From positions 1 to 33,871 of the IMG/VR virus record IMGVR_UViG_3300014208_000093: a stretch of 33,871 nt of DNA; one strand, given 5' to 3'. Position numbers and translations under genes: made by a program. Positions 1 through 9,603 of the stretch are shown one piece after another; position 1 is the first letter of the stretch, and each line of letters opens with the position of its first letter. The notes under the pieces are model-generated. The model did no database searches. It was not told the DNA's origin and was given only the letters and a program-made list of their open reading frames with translations. This DNA comes from a virus (lineage: Duplodnaviria; Caudoviricetes).

Positions 1-100
1 AACCGTCACCGGAACCGGAACCGTAACCGTCACCGGAACCGTCACAGTCACCGTAACCGTAACCGTCACTTACTGATAGGAACCGTTCTATAGCTTCCAT
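1..100 (-). CDS. Gly-rich (GYG/GDG/GSG) repeat phage protein, N-terminal part, runs off the window
   Basis: ATG at 100-98 overlaps the end of the upstream gene. It translates as MEAIERFLSVSDGYGYGDCDGSGDGYGSGSGDG. Such proteins are commonly paired with DUF6948-like genes in phages. Not in the ORF track because it is truncated. Confidence 0.75.
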   Translation of the reverse strand, partial: MEAIERFLSVSDGYGYGDCDGSGDGYGSGSGDG

Positions 101-375
101 TCTTTGACGGAATTGATGTTTGCAACCGCTACATCTGAACAGGGGATTACTTCAATTACCCCTAATACAGTCATTTCAGGTACGGCAATAGTAAACTTAC
201 AGGATGAAGGATTAGTCACTCCTTCAACGGCCAATTGAGACAATGAATTTGCACCACTCCAATACCACAATCTGCGGGCATTGGTTAATACGGCTTCTTG
301 CCCAACACGTTCTTTTACTTCAGCAAAGAATACTCCTGCTTTTTCAGTTCTGATGATAAATTTTTGATTGTTCAT
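88..375 (-). CDS. DUF6948-like small phage protein
   Basis: Motifs IIRTEKAGVFF, NARRLWYWSGANSLSQLA and VIEVIPC are typical of this family. AT-rich leader without Shine-Dalgarno. Confidence 0.75.
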   Translation of the reverse strand: MNNQKFIIRTEKAGVFFAEVKERVGQEAVLTNARRLWYWSGANSLSQLAVEGVTNPSSCKFTIAVPEMTVLGVIEVIPCSDVAVANINSVKEWKL

Positions 376-419
376 TTGAATAAAAATTTAAAGTTGGTTT
401 TATAAAATAATTAATTCTT

Positions 420-608
420 TCATATTTTTTCTGGTTTTATTCCATAATGGATATTGTCCTGATAAAATGCTAACACCAGGTAATTTTCCTCCAACGGAAA
501 TTTAGCCGTCAGGATCGCTGTTACTCTTTTTGCTTTTTCTTCATTCATTGTTTCAGTAGTAAACAAATGATAGCCGTCAAAACTAATTGTGAAATAATAC
601 GTTTTCAT
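420..608 (-). CDS. hypothetical phage protein
   Basis: 62 aa ORF in the same orientation as its neighbours, with an A-rich leader (AAAAATAAAACT-ATG). Confidence 0.65.
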   Translation of the reverse strand: MKTYYFTISFDGYHLFTTETMNEEKAKRVTAILTAKFPLEENYLVLAFYQDNIHYGIKPEKI

Positions 609-709
609 AGTTTTATTTTTAATGGGATTTTAGCAATTATTTATTTCGTCTGGATATAGATACAGGATATAGGGTAATACATCATCAAATCCACCTAATT
701 TCGCTAAAC

Positions 710-784
710 AAATGTACTCTAGTTGTCGACCCAGGTAATAAGCCTGGGTTTCGCCTCTTCAAGGCTCATCAGGACAACTCACTT
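710..784 (-). ncRNA. type I hammerhead ribozyme
   Basis: Minus strand reads AGUUGUC-CUGAUGA-GCCU(UGAAG)AGGC-GAAA-CCCAGG(CUUAUUA)CCUGGG-UC^GACAACU. The catalytic core is complete and all three stems pair. Predicted cleavage is between + coordinates 728 and 727. Confidence 0.93.
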
Positions 785-1276
785 CACCGAAGTATATCCT
801 TTCAAGAACCGAACAGCCAGGTTGTAAGCCCACTTGGTTTCTTTCAGGTTAGACTTCTTGCTAGTTGTAGCGACATACAAGGCATCAGCCTTGGCGCAAG
901 CCTCTTCACTTTCAATTCCTGGAAATGCTTTCAGGGTTTCTCCTACAGCTTCCATCCGAGTAAACACGACCACGTCCACTTTGGAAGCCTTCTTGGCATC
1001 ACGTTCTGCTTTCAGCCGTGCCTTTTCAGCCTCTTTGGTCTTTTTCTCTTCCACCTTCAGAAGTTTCAGGGCATCCTGCTGGGCTTTAATCGTGGCCAGG
1101 ATCTCTTCTTTTTGTTTTCGTGCTTCAGCCTCAGCCTCTTTCATCTGGGCTTTCAGTTCATTTACCTTCAGTTCAGCAGGAGTTAATTCTCTGCGTTTCA
1201 CTTCCTGATTCAGGACACGTTCACCTTGTTTTGAATTCTGAGCAATCACGTTGCTCGTGGCATCTGTTGTTTTCAT
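779..1276 (-). CDS. hypothetical Lys/Glu/Ala-rich coiled-coil protein
   Basis: 165 aa with a charged helical middle. Its TGA stop lies within hammerhead stem I. Confidence 0.8.
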   Translation of the reverse strand: MKTTDATSNVIAQNSKQGERVLNQEVKRRELTPAELKVNELKAQMKEAEAEARKQKEEILATIKAQQDALKLLKVEEKKTKEAEKARLKAERDAKKASKVDVVVFTRMEAVGETLKAFPGIESEEACAKADALYVATTSKKSNLKETKWAYNLAVRFLKGYTSVK

Positions 1277-1310
1277 AATAAGAAATAATTAAAATTGGGT
1301 TAAATGAAAT

Positions 1311-1565
1311 TTAAGAAATTCGTATTGGGTGTAAATCAAAACTAATCATTCCAGTTTCAACTTCAAACGTAACTTTTTGGAGTTGTCCGGTATAGCTATT
1401 GTAGGCTCCAAATACGTGGAATGTACTATGGGGTAAACTTTCTATATCAAATTCATTCGTTTCAACATAGGTTAAACTTTCAAGCACGATAACCTTCATC
1501 ACCTTGGAAATAAGGAAATTGGATAGTGCCTGAGCCTCTTCTGAGTTAAGTCTAGTAGTCTTCAT
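1311..1565 (-). CDS. hypothetical phage protein
   Basis: 84 aa, first gene of the leftward cluster. Confidence 0.65.
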   Translation of the reverse strand: MKTTRLNSEEAQALSNFLISKVMKVIVLESLTYVETNEFDIESLPHSTFHVFGAYNSYTGQLQKVTFEVETGMISFDLHPIRIS

Positions 1566-1625
1566 AATTCGTTATCTTTAATCAGTCTAAATAAGGTTAA
1601 CACATCTACTCTCTCAATTACCCTA

Positions 1626-1633
1626 CGAAGATA
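1626..1633 (-). promoter_or_regulatory. possible Bacteroidota-type -7 promoter element (TATCTTCG) for the leftward genes
   Basis: One mismatch to TAnnTTTG, about 60 bp upstream of the 1565 start. A similar TATCTTTA lies upstream of the NUMOD3 gene at about 3008-3015. Confidence 0.35.
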
Positions 1634-1714
1634 CGGTGAAGGTTTGAATTAACCTAACTTTTAATAGATTATTTTAGTATATCCCGTGAATAAGTTATTA
1701 ACTACGATTCCGAA

Positions 1715-2230
1715 AATCGGAAATAGTTTGAAAAAAGGAATAAAGGGAAGGTATAAAGATAACGTGGAAATAAAGATAGGTAATAACGGAAATAAGGTAG
1801 TATCAAATCAAAGATACATATTCAATATAGGGTAATAAGAGGGAAGAGGATATAACAGAAGAGGAATAGGGTAAAACAGCGGGTTTGCCTGCATTCCACC
1901 CCGTGGAGCCTGGCCAGCAACCCTAAATAAGTAAAAGTATAACGTATAACTAACTGACTATCAGCGAGTAACAGGATTGAAAACGGGCAATATATACGAC
2001 CAAGAATGGGGGTTGAAGTGCTAGAACGCCATATAAAGTGGGTAAAATAGGGTGTAAGGATGTAGTTGGATAGGGTAGTTTGGTAGAAAGGTAGAAGGTA
2101 GGTGAGCGGGTAGACACCGTGGATAGGGTAGGTGGATAGTGGTGGAGCCTGTACCCTGGATGGAAGGAGAGACACCCGCCCCCACTTGACGGATAGGGGA
2201 TAAGAAGCGGGGGTCAATGCCCCCTCCCAC
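1715..2230. other. non-coding purine-skewed region with short repeats (possible pac, genome-end or origin region)
   Basis: The + strand is strongly G/A-rich with recurrent GGAAATA, ATAGGG(T/G) and GGTAG. It ends in GGGGGTCAATGCCCCC. It lies between divergent operons upstream of terS. Confidence 0.45.
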
Positions 2231-2303
2231 ATTCTAGAATTTTTCAAACCTTTTTTAAGTGATTCACACTTTGGTTTAGGTATATAGAGTATATATAGGG
2301 GGA

Positions 2304-2360
2304 ATATAGGATGGTTTGGTTCCAAGATAGATAGATATAGGATACTTTGGTTCCAATATA
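2304..2360. repeat. 31-bp-period direct repeat ATATAGGATnnTTTGGTTCCAAnATA
   Basis: Copies at 2304-2329 and 2335-2360, each containing the dyad TTGG-nn-CCAA. Confidence 0.7.
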
Positions 2361-2582
2361 AATTATACTAGATTTGCCTTGGAATTTTAGAAAACTTCTG
2401 AAAATTCTATTTCCAAAAAAATTTATAAAAATTTAGGGGGTAAAATACCTTGATTCATGATATTTCTACCCAATTTCAAGGCTTATTTTTAGTACCCAGT
2501 TTTTTAGGAGGTTAGATGGGAGAGCCTCCTGCTAGACCCCCAATAAAACTGGAAAAGTCATTTCAAGGATTTTGGATAGTTT

Positions 2583-2987
2583 TTATGGCGTTTGGTCAGG
2601 GGTAGCGATTTTAGGAAAGGTTTTTCCAAAGCGTGGATTTTCAAGACCTTTTTTACCCCACATGTAGTGATTTGGTCCTCTTTTGGCTAAGGACATTTTC
2701 AACTTGGTTTCGTCGGACATGTTGCGCTTGGCCTTGGACATTCGCTTTCGGGTCTTCAAAGATTTCTTCTTGCCCATCAAGGCCTGGGAGATTTTTGTTT
2801 TGTGTTCTTCCGTGAAAGTTTGACCCGTCAAGGTGTAGGAGATTCGGTTCTTGGTGATCTGGTCTTTGGGGAGGGTTCGACGATCGGGCTTCACGTAGTG
2901 GAGTTCGTTCTTGACGAAGTCGTCGATTAGGGTTTGGTGCACTCGAGTGAAGTGTTTTGGCTTGGTGGGTCGATCTAGTCTTTTCAT
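2583..2987 (-). CDS. NUMOD3-repeat DNA-binding protein (homing-endonuclease-associated motifs, no obvious nuclease domain)
   Basis: FTEEHKTKISQALMGKKKSLKTRKRMS, MSDETKLKMSLAKRG and NPRFGK motifs. Confidence 0.75.
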   Translation of the reverse strand: MKRLDRPTKPKHFTRVHQTLIDDFVKNELHYVKPDRRTLPKDQITKNRISYTLTGQTFTEEHKTKISQALMGKKKSLKTRKRMSKAKRNMSDETKLKMSLAKRGPNHYMWGKKGLENPRFGKTFPKIATPDQTP

Positions 2988-3103
2988 GCGAATTGAATTT
3001 CTACAGTATAAAGATAGCGGAAATAATCTAATAAAAGGTAGAGGGTAGAAAAATATTTTTTAAATTTATATGAGGGGTTTAAAATATTTAGTATAAATTC
3101 GTA

Positions 3104-3697
3104 GTGAAGTATATCTTGAGGCATACCATGAAAGCACTAGATTTAGGAAATAAAAATGAACAGGGGAAGTGGATTCCAGCTTGCATCACCCCCCAGTTCA
3201 AGCGTCAGTTCTATCAATTGGCGTTGTTAGGAGCCACGGAAGCAATGATTGCTGAGTTCTTTGAAGTGGCCCCTAGCACTATACAGGAGTGGAAAAAAAC
3301 AGATCCAGAGTTGGCAGAGATTGCCCGCAGAGGTAGATTGGGAGCTGACATGAATGTGGCCAATGGATGGTACAAGAAGGCTTGTGGATACCAGTATGAA
3401 GAAAAGACGGTGGTTCGAAGATTGAATAAGGAAGGGGAGATGATCACGGTGAGGGAAGAAATTACGATCAAGGAACATGCTCCAGATGCGTTTGCTTGTA
3501 TGAAGTGGTTGGAGCGGAGGCACAAGGAACTTTGGGCTGATACTCAGAAGTCTGAAGTTAGCATCAAGTACAAAGGGGAGATGGACATTAAGTTGATTTC
3601 GGAACACATTCGGGATCCAAAAGATTTTTCGGTGGAGGAGTTACAGTTTGCTTTACAAATGGGACTTACCCAAATAGCGAAGAATGCGCAGAATTGA
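3104..3697 (+). CDS. terS: terminase small subunit
   Basis: HTH-like LALLGATEAMIAEFFEVAPSTIQEWKK, then A.GYQYEE and PD..A...WL..R. Directly upstream of terL. The start may instead be the ATG at 3128. Confidence 0.85.
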   Translation: MKYILRHTMKALDLGNKNEQGKWIPACITPQFKRQFYQLALLGATEAMIAEFFEVAPSTIQEWKKTDPELAEIARRGRLGADMNVANGWYKKACGYQYEEKTVVRRLNKEGEMITVREEITIKEHAPDAFACMKWLERRHKELWADTQKSEVSIKYKGEMDIKLISEHIRDPKDFSVEELQFALQMGLTQIAKNAQN

Positions 3698-5252
3698 TAA
3701 ACCGGAGGACGTGATTAACCATATGCCGGAAAGCAAACGACAGATTTTGCTGGCAGCTATGCAGCAACCCCAGATTCTAATTCGGGAAATCAACAATAGG
3801 TCGTTCTTTGAATTCCTTAAATTCTTTTGGCCGGAGGTGAGTGGACAGACCTTCGTATCCAATTGGCATATTAAGTATATTTGCGATGAACTGCAAAAGG
3901 TAGCGGAAAGGGTGGCTAAAGGATTGCCTAGGGAATATGATTTAATTATAAATGTTCCTCCAGGTAGTACCAAGACCGTTATCTGTTCGATTATGTTTCC
4001 AGCTTGGTGTTGGACTCAGTGGTACTGGATGCGGTTTATTACTATATCTTATTCTTCTGATCTATCTTTGGAAAGTGCCGAGTATAGCCGTGACTTGATT
4101 CAAAGTGAACGGTATAAATTGATTTATCCTGATTTGGAAATTAAGGATGATAAGAATACAAAGTCCAATTTTCGTATTGTCAAGAAAGAACACGTGAAAG
4201 CAGGCTTTCCAGTTCGTATTTTGAAAGGGGGAAACCGTTTTAGCACTTCCGTGACGGGAACGATCACCGGATTCCACGCTCATATGCTAATTTGGGACGA
4301 TATCATTGACCCGAAGAAGTCGCTAAGTGCGGTAGAGCTAAATAACGCAAATCATTTCCTGGATGAAACCCTGCCTACCCGTAAAGTTGACAAGGCAGTT
4401 TCCACTACTATCGGGATAATGCAGAGGTTACACCAGGACGATCCTACAGGACACTTGCTAGCTAAAGGTAAAGAGAATATTAAGCATATTTGCCTTCCAG
4501 GTGAAATAGACAACTATCGGGACAAGGTAAATCCTCCTGAATTACTCGAATTTTATAAAGACAACCTTTTGGATCCAGTACGTTTACCTCACTCCGTATT
4601 AGCCGATTTGGAGGCCGATTTAGGACAGTACGGGTACGCTGGACAGATAGGCCAACATCCTACCCCGCCTGCCGGAGGCATGTTCAAAGTGGACAATTTC
4701 GGCATGATACAGGCTATGCCGGAACCTGATACGATTGTAGAAACGGTACGATATTGGGACAAGGCTGGAACGAAGGTAAAAGTTGGTATCAAAGGAAAAG
4801 CAGCTTATACGGTAGGAGTTAAGATGTGTCGATTGAGAAATGGTCGTTGGGTTATTCTAAATGTTAAACGAGGTAGATGGAGCCCAGAGGAGAGAGAAAA
4901 GATCATACGAAACACTGCTATTGACGATGGAGTGGATGTTCGTATATTCTATGAGCAGGAACCAGGTAGTGGAGGCAAAGAATCCGCTCAGGCCACTACT
5001 TTAAATTTAGCTGGATACACTGGTCAGGCGGAAAGACCTCAAGGAGATAAAGTATTTAGAGCAGATCCATATAGTGTTCAAGTTAATGATGGAAATATAA
5101 GTTTATTGCAGGCTGATTGGAATAAGGACTTTTTAGAGGAACATGCTTACTTTCCATTCGGTTCTTATAAGGATCAGGTAGATGCTGCTGGAGCAGCTTT
5201 TGCTCAATTGACGGTTAGACGTGAAGCTAGAATGTTAACTAGGAGGAGGTAA
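3684..5252 (+). CDS. terL: terminase large subunit
   Basis: Walker A-like INVPPGSTKT, Walker B LIWDD, coupling motif IMQRLHQDD, and nuclease motifs YWDKA, EQEPGSGGK and KDQVDA. Confidence 0.95.
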   Translation: MRRIDKPEDVINHMPESKRQILLAAMQQPQILIREINNRSFFEFLKFFWPEVSGQTFVSNWHIKYICDELQKVAERVAKGLPREYDLIINVPPGSTKTVICSIMFPAWCWTQWYWMRFITISYSSDLSLESAEYSRDLIQSERYKLIYPDLEIKDDKNTKSNFRIVKKEHVKAGFPVRILKGGNRFSTSVTGTITGFHAHMLIWDDIIDPKKSLSAVELNNANHFLDETLPTRKVDKAVSTTIGIMQRLHQDDPTGHLLAKGKENIKHICLPGEIDNYRDKVNPPELLEFYKDNLLDPVRLPHSVLADLEADLGQYGYAGQIGQHPTPPAGGMFKVDNFGMIQAMPEPDTIVETVRYWDKAGTKVKVGIKGKAAYTVGVKMCRLRNGRWVILNVKRGRWSPEEREKIIRNTAIDDGVDVRIFYEQEPGSGGKESAQATTLNLAGYTGQAERPQGDKVFRADPYSVQVNDGNISLLQADWNKDFLEEHAYFPFGSYKDQVDAAGAAFAQLTVRREARMLTRRR

Positions 5253-5255
5253 AAA

Positions 5256-6707
5256 ATGGTACGAAAGGATAAGATAAACGTAAATAAGGAGCAAAGGTTA
5301 CAAGTAGCTAAAGTTCAAGTATTGAGTGAAATTATAGCTCGTGCTAATCTGGCTGGTAATTTAGGATATTCTTATGATGGGGAAAGGGATTTGTATCAGG
5401 CTTTAGGATATTCTAGAACTTTAACATATCAGAATTTTATAGCTCAATACCTACGTCAGGATATAGCAAGAGCAATAATAGATCGTCCAGTCAATGTATC
5501 CTGGAGTGGGCCGTTGTCTTTAGTGGAATCAGGAGAAGGAGAAGAAACTGGTTTAGAAAAAGAGTGGAGGAAGTTAGAAAGGCAAATGCAGTTGAAATCT
5601 AACTTCATGCGATTAGATAAATTAACTGGTTTAGGTAGATATGGGGTATTGCTTTTAGGATTGGACGACATTAAAAAACAAGAGGATTTTATCACTGCGG
5701 TAAACCCTGGTAAGAGAAAATTGCTTTATGTTCGCCCATTAGGAGAATCTAGTGCTAAAATTAAATCTTGGGTACAAGACCCTTCTAATCCTAGATTTGG
5801 AAAACCTTTAGTATATGATATAGTATTATTGAATCCTGAAGGAAATGAATCCTCTACTATTCAAGTTCATTATAGCCGTATAATCCATGTGGTGGAAAGT
5901 GCTATGGAGAACGGAACGGAGGGCATTCCACGGCTTCAACCCGTATTTAATCGCTTGCAGGATTTAGAAAAGTTGTTAGGCGGTAGTGCTGAAATGTTTT
6001 GGAGAGGAGCAAGGCCAGGATATTCTGGGGAATTAGACAAGGATCGTACCATGTCTACTACAATGTGGGCTGATTTACAGGATCAAATAGATGAGTATGA
6101 AAATAATCTGCGTAGGATATTAGTAGCGGATGGTTTGAAATTAAATTCTTTAACTCCTCAAATATCAGATCCAAAGAATCACGTAGACGTTCAGATAATG
6201 ATGATTTCTGCGGAAACAGGAATACCCAAAAGAATTTTGTCTGGATCTGAAAGAGGTGAATTAGCGTCAAGTCAGGATGCTGCCGAGTGGATTGCTTTTG
6301 TACAAAGTAGAAGGGAAGAGTTTGTAGAACCTCATATCATTCGACCTTTTGTAGATAGGATGATTGAATTTGAGATATTACCTAAAGCAAACGAGGAATA
6401 CGATATAGAGTGGCAGGATTTATTTGCTGTTAGTGAAGCGGATCGAGTTAAGATAGGTCAGGCAAGGGCAATAGCTTTGAAAGAGTATTGTACTATGCCT
6501 ATTGCTGCAGAGGTAGTAAGTCCAGAAGCTTTCTTTGAAATGTTTTTAGGATTGAGTAGGGAGAAAATAGAATTGATAGAGGAGTTAAATGCTACTTCGA
6601 TATTACAAGGCCAGATTCAAGAGGCAGAAGAGAGAACTTTTGAGATGGAAATGAAAGCTAAAGAAAAACCAGTTAAAAAAGAAGTAAATGCAGAAGCACG
6701 AGCATAA
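5256..6707 (+). CDS. portal protein (DUF1073-like)
   Basis: Position after terL. Motifs ARAIID, VHYSRIIH, GIPKRILSGSERGELASSQD and EWQDL. Confidence 0.88.
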   Translation: MVRKDKINVNKEQRLQVAKVQVLSEIIARANLAGNLGYSYDGERDLYQALGYSRTLTYQNFIAQYLRQDIARAIIDRPVNVSWSGPLSLVESGEGEETGLEKEWRKLERQMQLKSNFMRLDKLTGLGRYGVLLLGLDDIKKQEDFITAVNPGKRKLLYVRPLGESSAKIKSWVQDPSNPRFGKPLVYDIVLLNPEGNESSTIQVHYSRIIHVVESAMENGTEGIPRLQPVFNRLQDLEKLLGGSAEMFWRGARPGYSGELDKDRTMSTTMWADLQDQIDEYENNLRRILVADGLKLNSLTPQISDPKNHVDVQIMMISAETGIPKRILSGSERGELASSQDAAEWIAFVQSRREEFVEPHIIRPFVDRMIEFEILPKANEEYDIEWQDLFAVSEADRVKIGQARAIALKEYCTMPIAAEVVSPEAFFEMFLGLSREKIELIEELNATSILQGQIQEAEERTFEMEMKAKEKPVKKEVNAEARA

Positions 6708-7653
6708 CGATCTTTGTACCTGTAAAGAGCAAATAAAAGTAAATGGTACTGCTGGGTATGATCCTACCAGAACCACTGCTTTGCGTAATGCTTTTGCTAG
6801 TCAAATGAATCGTAGGTTTGACGCTTTGGCTTCTTTGGTATATAAAGCAATAGTTATTCAGGATTGCTTTGGAATGAAAACGCTATCTGTAAACCAAGTA
6901 GGTTTGCCAGGAGAAAGGGCTTTTGCTTTTGCTACCAGTCAAGAGAAGGTAGAAGCCTTTATGCGGTGGTTACAAGAACAAGTAGATGCAGGAGTATTAC
7001 AATTACGATACGCTCAACAGATAGGTTCTGCTTTAAATTATCAATGGACTAATCTTTATATTGAAGATAGTTATAAAAGGGGAATAGCCAGGGCAAGATA
7101 CGAAATGCAACAGGCTGGATATGAAGTACCGTCTATTTGGGATACAGGAGGAGTAGGAGCTGCAATGGGTACTCCTTTTCATTTGGATCGTGTTGGTTTA
7201 CTTTACACTAGAACATTTACGGACTTGGTAGGAGTAACGGATGCTATGTCCTCTCAAATTAGTCGGGTATTAGCTCAGGGAATGATAGATGGAGATGGAA
7301 TGAGGTTAATTGCTCGTAAATTGTTAAATGTAATTACGGGATCAGGAGGGAATTTAGGATTGACGGATACCTTAGGTAGATTTATAAATGCTAAACGTAG
7401 AGCAGAAATGATAGCTCGTACAGAAATTATACGAGCTCACCATATAGCTACTATTCAAGAATATAGAAATTGGAGAGTAGTTGGAGTAAGAGTAAGAGCA
7501 GAATGGACAACAGCTGGAGATGATCGGGTTTGTAGTCGGTGTTCTAGTATGGAAGGAAAGACTTTTACATTAGAGGAAGCAGAACCTTTACTTCCAGCTC
7601 ATCCAAATTGCCGATGTATTATGCTCCCAGCAATCATAGAAGGAGGAAATTAA
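6688..7653 (+). CDS. head morphogenesis / minor head protein (SPP1 gp7 / Mu gpF family)
   Basis: RAEMIARTE, W.TAGDDRVC..C and PAHPNCRC motifs. Confidence 0.92.
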   Translation: MQKHEHNDLCTCKEQIKVNGTAGYDPTRTTALRNAFASQMNRRFDALASLVYKAIVIQDCFGMKTLSVNQVGLPGERAFAFATSQEKVEAFMRWLQEQVDAGVLQLRYAQQIGSALNYQWTNLYIEDSYKRGIARARYEMQQAGYEVPSIWDTGGVGAAMGTPFHLDRVGLLYTRTFTDLVGVTDAMSSQISRVLAQGMIDGDGMRLIARKLLNVITGSGGNLGLTDTLGRFINAKRRAEMIARTEIIRAHHIATIQEYRNWRVVGVRVRAEWTTAGDDRVCSRCSSMEGKTFTLEEAEPLLPAHPNCRCIMLPAIIEGGN

Positions 7654-7654
7654 A

Positions 7655-9097
7655 ATGGAAATATATTCTAACAGTCAAACAGGAGTTTACCAAATTAGGA
7701 GTAGAAACTACCATGGTCGTAAACACTTGGTAGTTCCGGTGGTAATGATGGTAGAAGGAGTACATTCAGGCAGTCATGGCCCTTTACTACATAAAGCAGA
7801 GGACTTGGGACGTTTTCCAGCTAGTTGGGATGGAATACCTGTAATGATAGGACATCCTCAAATTGATGGGGTATTTGTATCTGCTAATATTCCAGAAATA
7901 TTAGAACAATCGGTAGGTAGAATTTTTCATACCCATATGGAGGATAATAAATTGAAAGCTGAAGCTTGGATAGATGAGCAAAGAATAACAGCGCTTTCTC
8001 CAACTGCTTTGTCCTATATCCAAAATGGACGGCCTCTGGACGTTAGTATAGGAGCTTTCACCGAAGAAGAACCTACCACAGGAGTATATAACGAAAATGA
8101 AACATATATTGCCATAGCCAGAAATCATAGACCAAATCACTTAGCTCTACTTCCAGGGGAACGAGGTGCATGCGGTTGGGAAGATGGTTGTGGGATTCGT
8201 AATAATAACTTAAATGAAGTAAAGGAGGAAAAAAATGACATGACTGATGAACAAATTTTAACAATGAAGCAATCTTTTGGCGAAGGTACTTTTACAGGAT
8301 TGACTGTTAACGAGCAGGGTTACCAAGAAAGAATGGAAAAGTTACGGATGCTAGTAGATTCTTATGATAACGATCGAGCCGTACATTATTTGGAAGAGGC
8401 GTATGATGGTTACTTCGTTTACCGGAAACGGATTCGGGATGCAAGTCCTGTTGTAGCAGAATGCTATAAACAAGCATATTCAATTGATACAGAAGGAAAA
8501 ATTGACCTATCTGGAGAACCAGTAAAAGTAGTAAAAAATGTTACTTATGTTCAAGTAAATAAAATGACACGTACAGATAAAAAAGGAGATTTAAACATGG
8601 ATGTAAATTTAGAAAAACCGTGTTGCCTTGAGAAAGTGGTAGAACTTATTAACAATAAGCTTACCAAATATACCGAGGCAGATCGGGAATGGTTGCTGAC
8701 TTTAGGCAAGGAGAAATTGGAACTAATAACTCCAGTAGAACCGGAAGCTATTGTTACCCAACTGCAAGACTTGACGGGATATGTTAAGAAGGATTCATTG
8801 AAAACGGAAGCTGATTTTCTTGCTTTGGCTCCTGAAAGTATTCAGGATTCATTGAAAGCTGGACTTCGTTTGAATCAGGAGCATCGTTCTAATTTGATTC
8901 AGTCTATTATTGCTAATTCCGCTGAAGGAGTTTGGACTGACGTTGAATTGAAAGGACAGAGTACTGAAATGCTTGAAAAATTAAACAGGCAATTTCCACA
9001 GGCAAATTATATTGGCCAAGCAGCTGGATCAGCATTGAATGCTAATTCCAGTGAAGTAGAACCGATGTTGCCTGCAGATGTAGTAACTAAAAAATAA
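7655..9097 (+). CDS. DUF2213-like prohead protease with C-terminal scaffold region
   Basis: PVMIGHP, DVSIG and NHLALLP..RGACG...GCG motifs. Helical C-terminal half. Position in the head module. Confidence 0.82.
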   Translation: MEIYSNSQTGVYQIRSRNYHGRKHLVVPVVMMVEGVHSGSHGPLLHKAEDLGRFPASWDGIPVMIGHPQIDGVFVSANIPEILEQSVGRIFHTHMEDNKLKAEAWIDEQRITALSPTALSYIQNGRPLDVSIGAFTEEEPTTGVYNENETYIAIARNHRPNHLALLPGERGACGWEDGCGIRNNNLNEVKEEKNDMTDEQILTMKQSFGEGTFTGLTVNEQGYQERMEKLRMLVDSYDNDRAVHYLEEAYDGYFVYRKRIRDASPVVAECYKQAYSIDTEGKIDLSGEPVKVVKNVTYVQVNKMTRTDKKGDLNMDVNLEKPCCLEKVVELINNKLTKYTEADREWLLTLGKEKLELITPVEPEAIVTQLQDLTGYVKKDSLKTEADFLALAPESIQDSLKAGLRLNQEHRSNLIQSIIANSAEGVWTDVELKGQSTEMLEKLNRQFPQANYIGQAAGSALNANSSEVEPMLPADVVTKK

Positions 9098-9112
9098 GGA
9101 AAGGGATTTGAT

Positions 9113-9580
9113 ATGGCAAAACACACGATTAAAATTAAGAAGTACGCAGATATCATAGAGGAGTGGATTGCAAGTGCCGCCATTACTCCAGGACATCTGG
9201 TAGAAGTCATTAACTCCGCAGGTTCTCCTAGAGTAAGGGTTCATGCCACTGCAGGAGGTAATGCTATTCCAATGTTTGCATTGGAAGATGAAATGCAAGG
9301 AGGCGGTATTGACGATGCTTATACTGCTGCTTATCCGGTTCAGGTTTGGATAGCTGGCAGGGGTGACGAAGTAAATGCTTTGCTTTTAGACGGTGAAACG
9401 GTAGTCGTTGGAGATTTTCTTGAATCTGCTGGCGATGGTACTCTTCAGAAACATGTTGCTGACTCAGCTGGGGTTGGAACTTTGAGCCTTCAGATTGTCG
9501 CTATTGCTATGGAAAGCGTAGATATGTCTGGTTCGTCAGGAGTTGATCCTACAGGTCGTATCAAAGTAAAAATTGTGTAA
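9113..9580 (+). CDS. capsid decoration / cement protein
   Basis: AITPGHLVE and VGDFLESAGDGTL motifs. Small gene between the protease and the capsid gene. Confidence 0.7.
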   Translation: MAKHTIKIKKYADIIEEWIASAAITPGHLVEVINSAGSPRVRVHATAGGNAIPMFALEDEMQGGGIDDAYTAAYPVQVWIAGRGDEVNALLLDGETVVVGDFLESAGDGTLQKHVADSAGVGTLSLQIVAIAMESVDMSGSSGVDPTGRIKVKIV

Positions 9581-9603
9581 CTAAATAAAGAAAGGAGTAG
9601 ATT

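Noticed and set aside
1822-2325. ORFs 1822-2325 and 2021-2230 on the minus strand
   Set aside because: Their Pro/Leu/Tyr-rich composition is a by-product of the pyrimidine-rich strand. No recognisable motifs, so the region is treated as non-coding.
2506-2530. Hairpin AGGAGGTT...AGCCTCCT as a terminator for the NUMOD3 gene
   Set aside because: No U-tract follows the stem on either strand.
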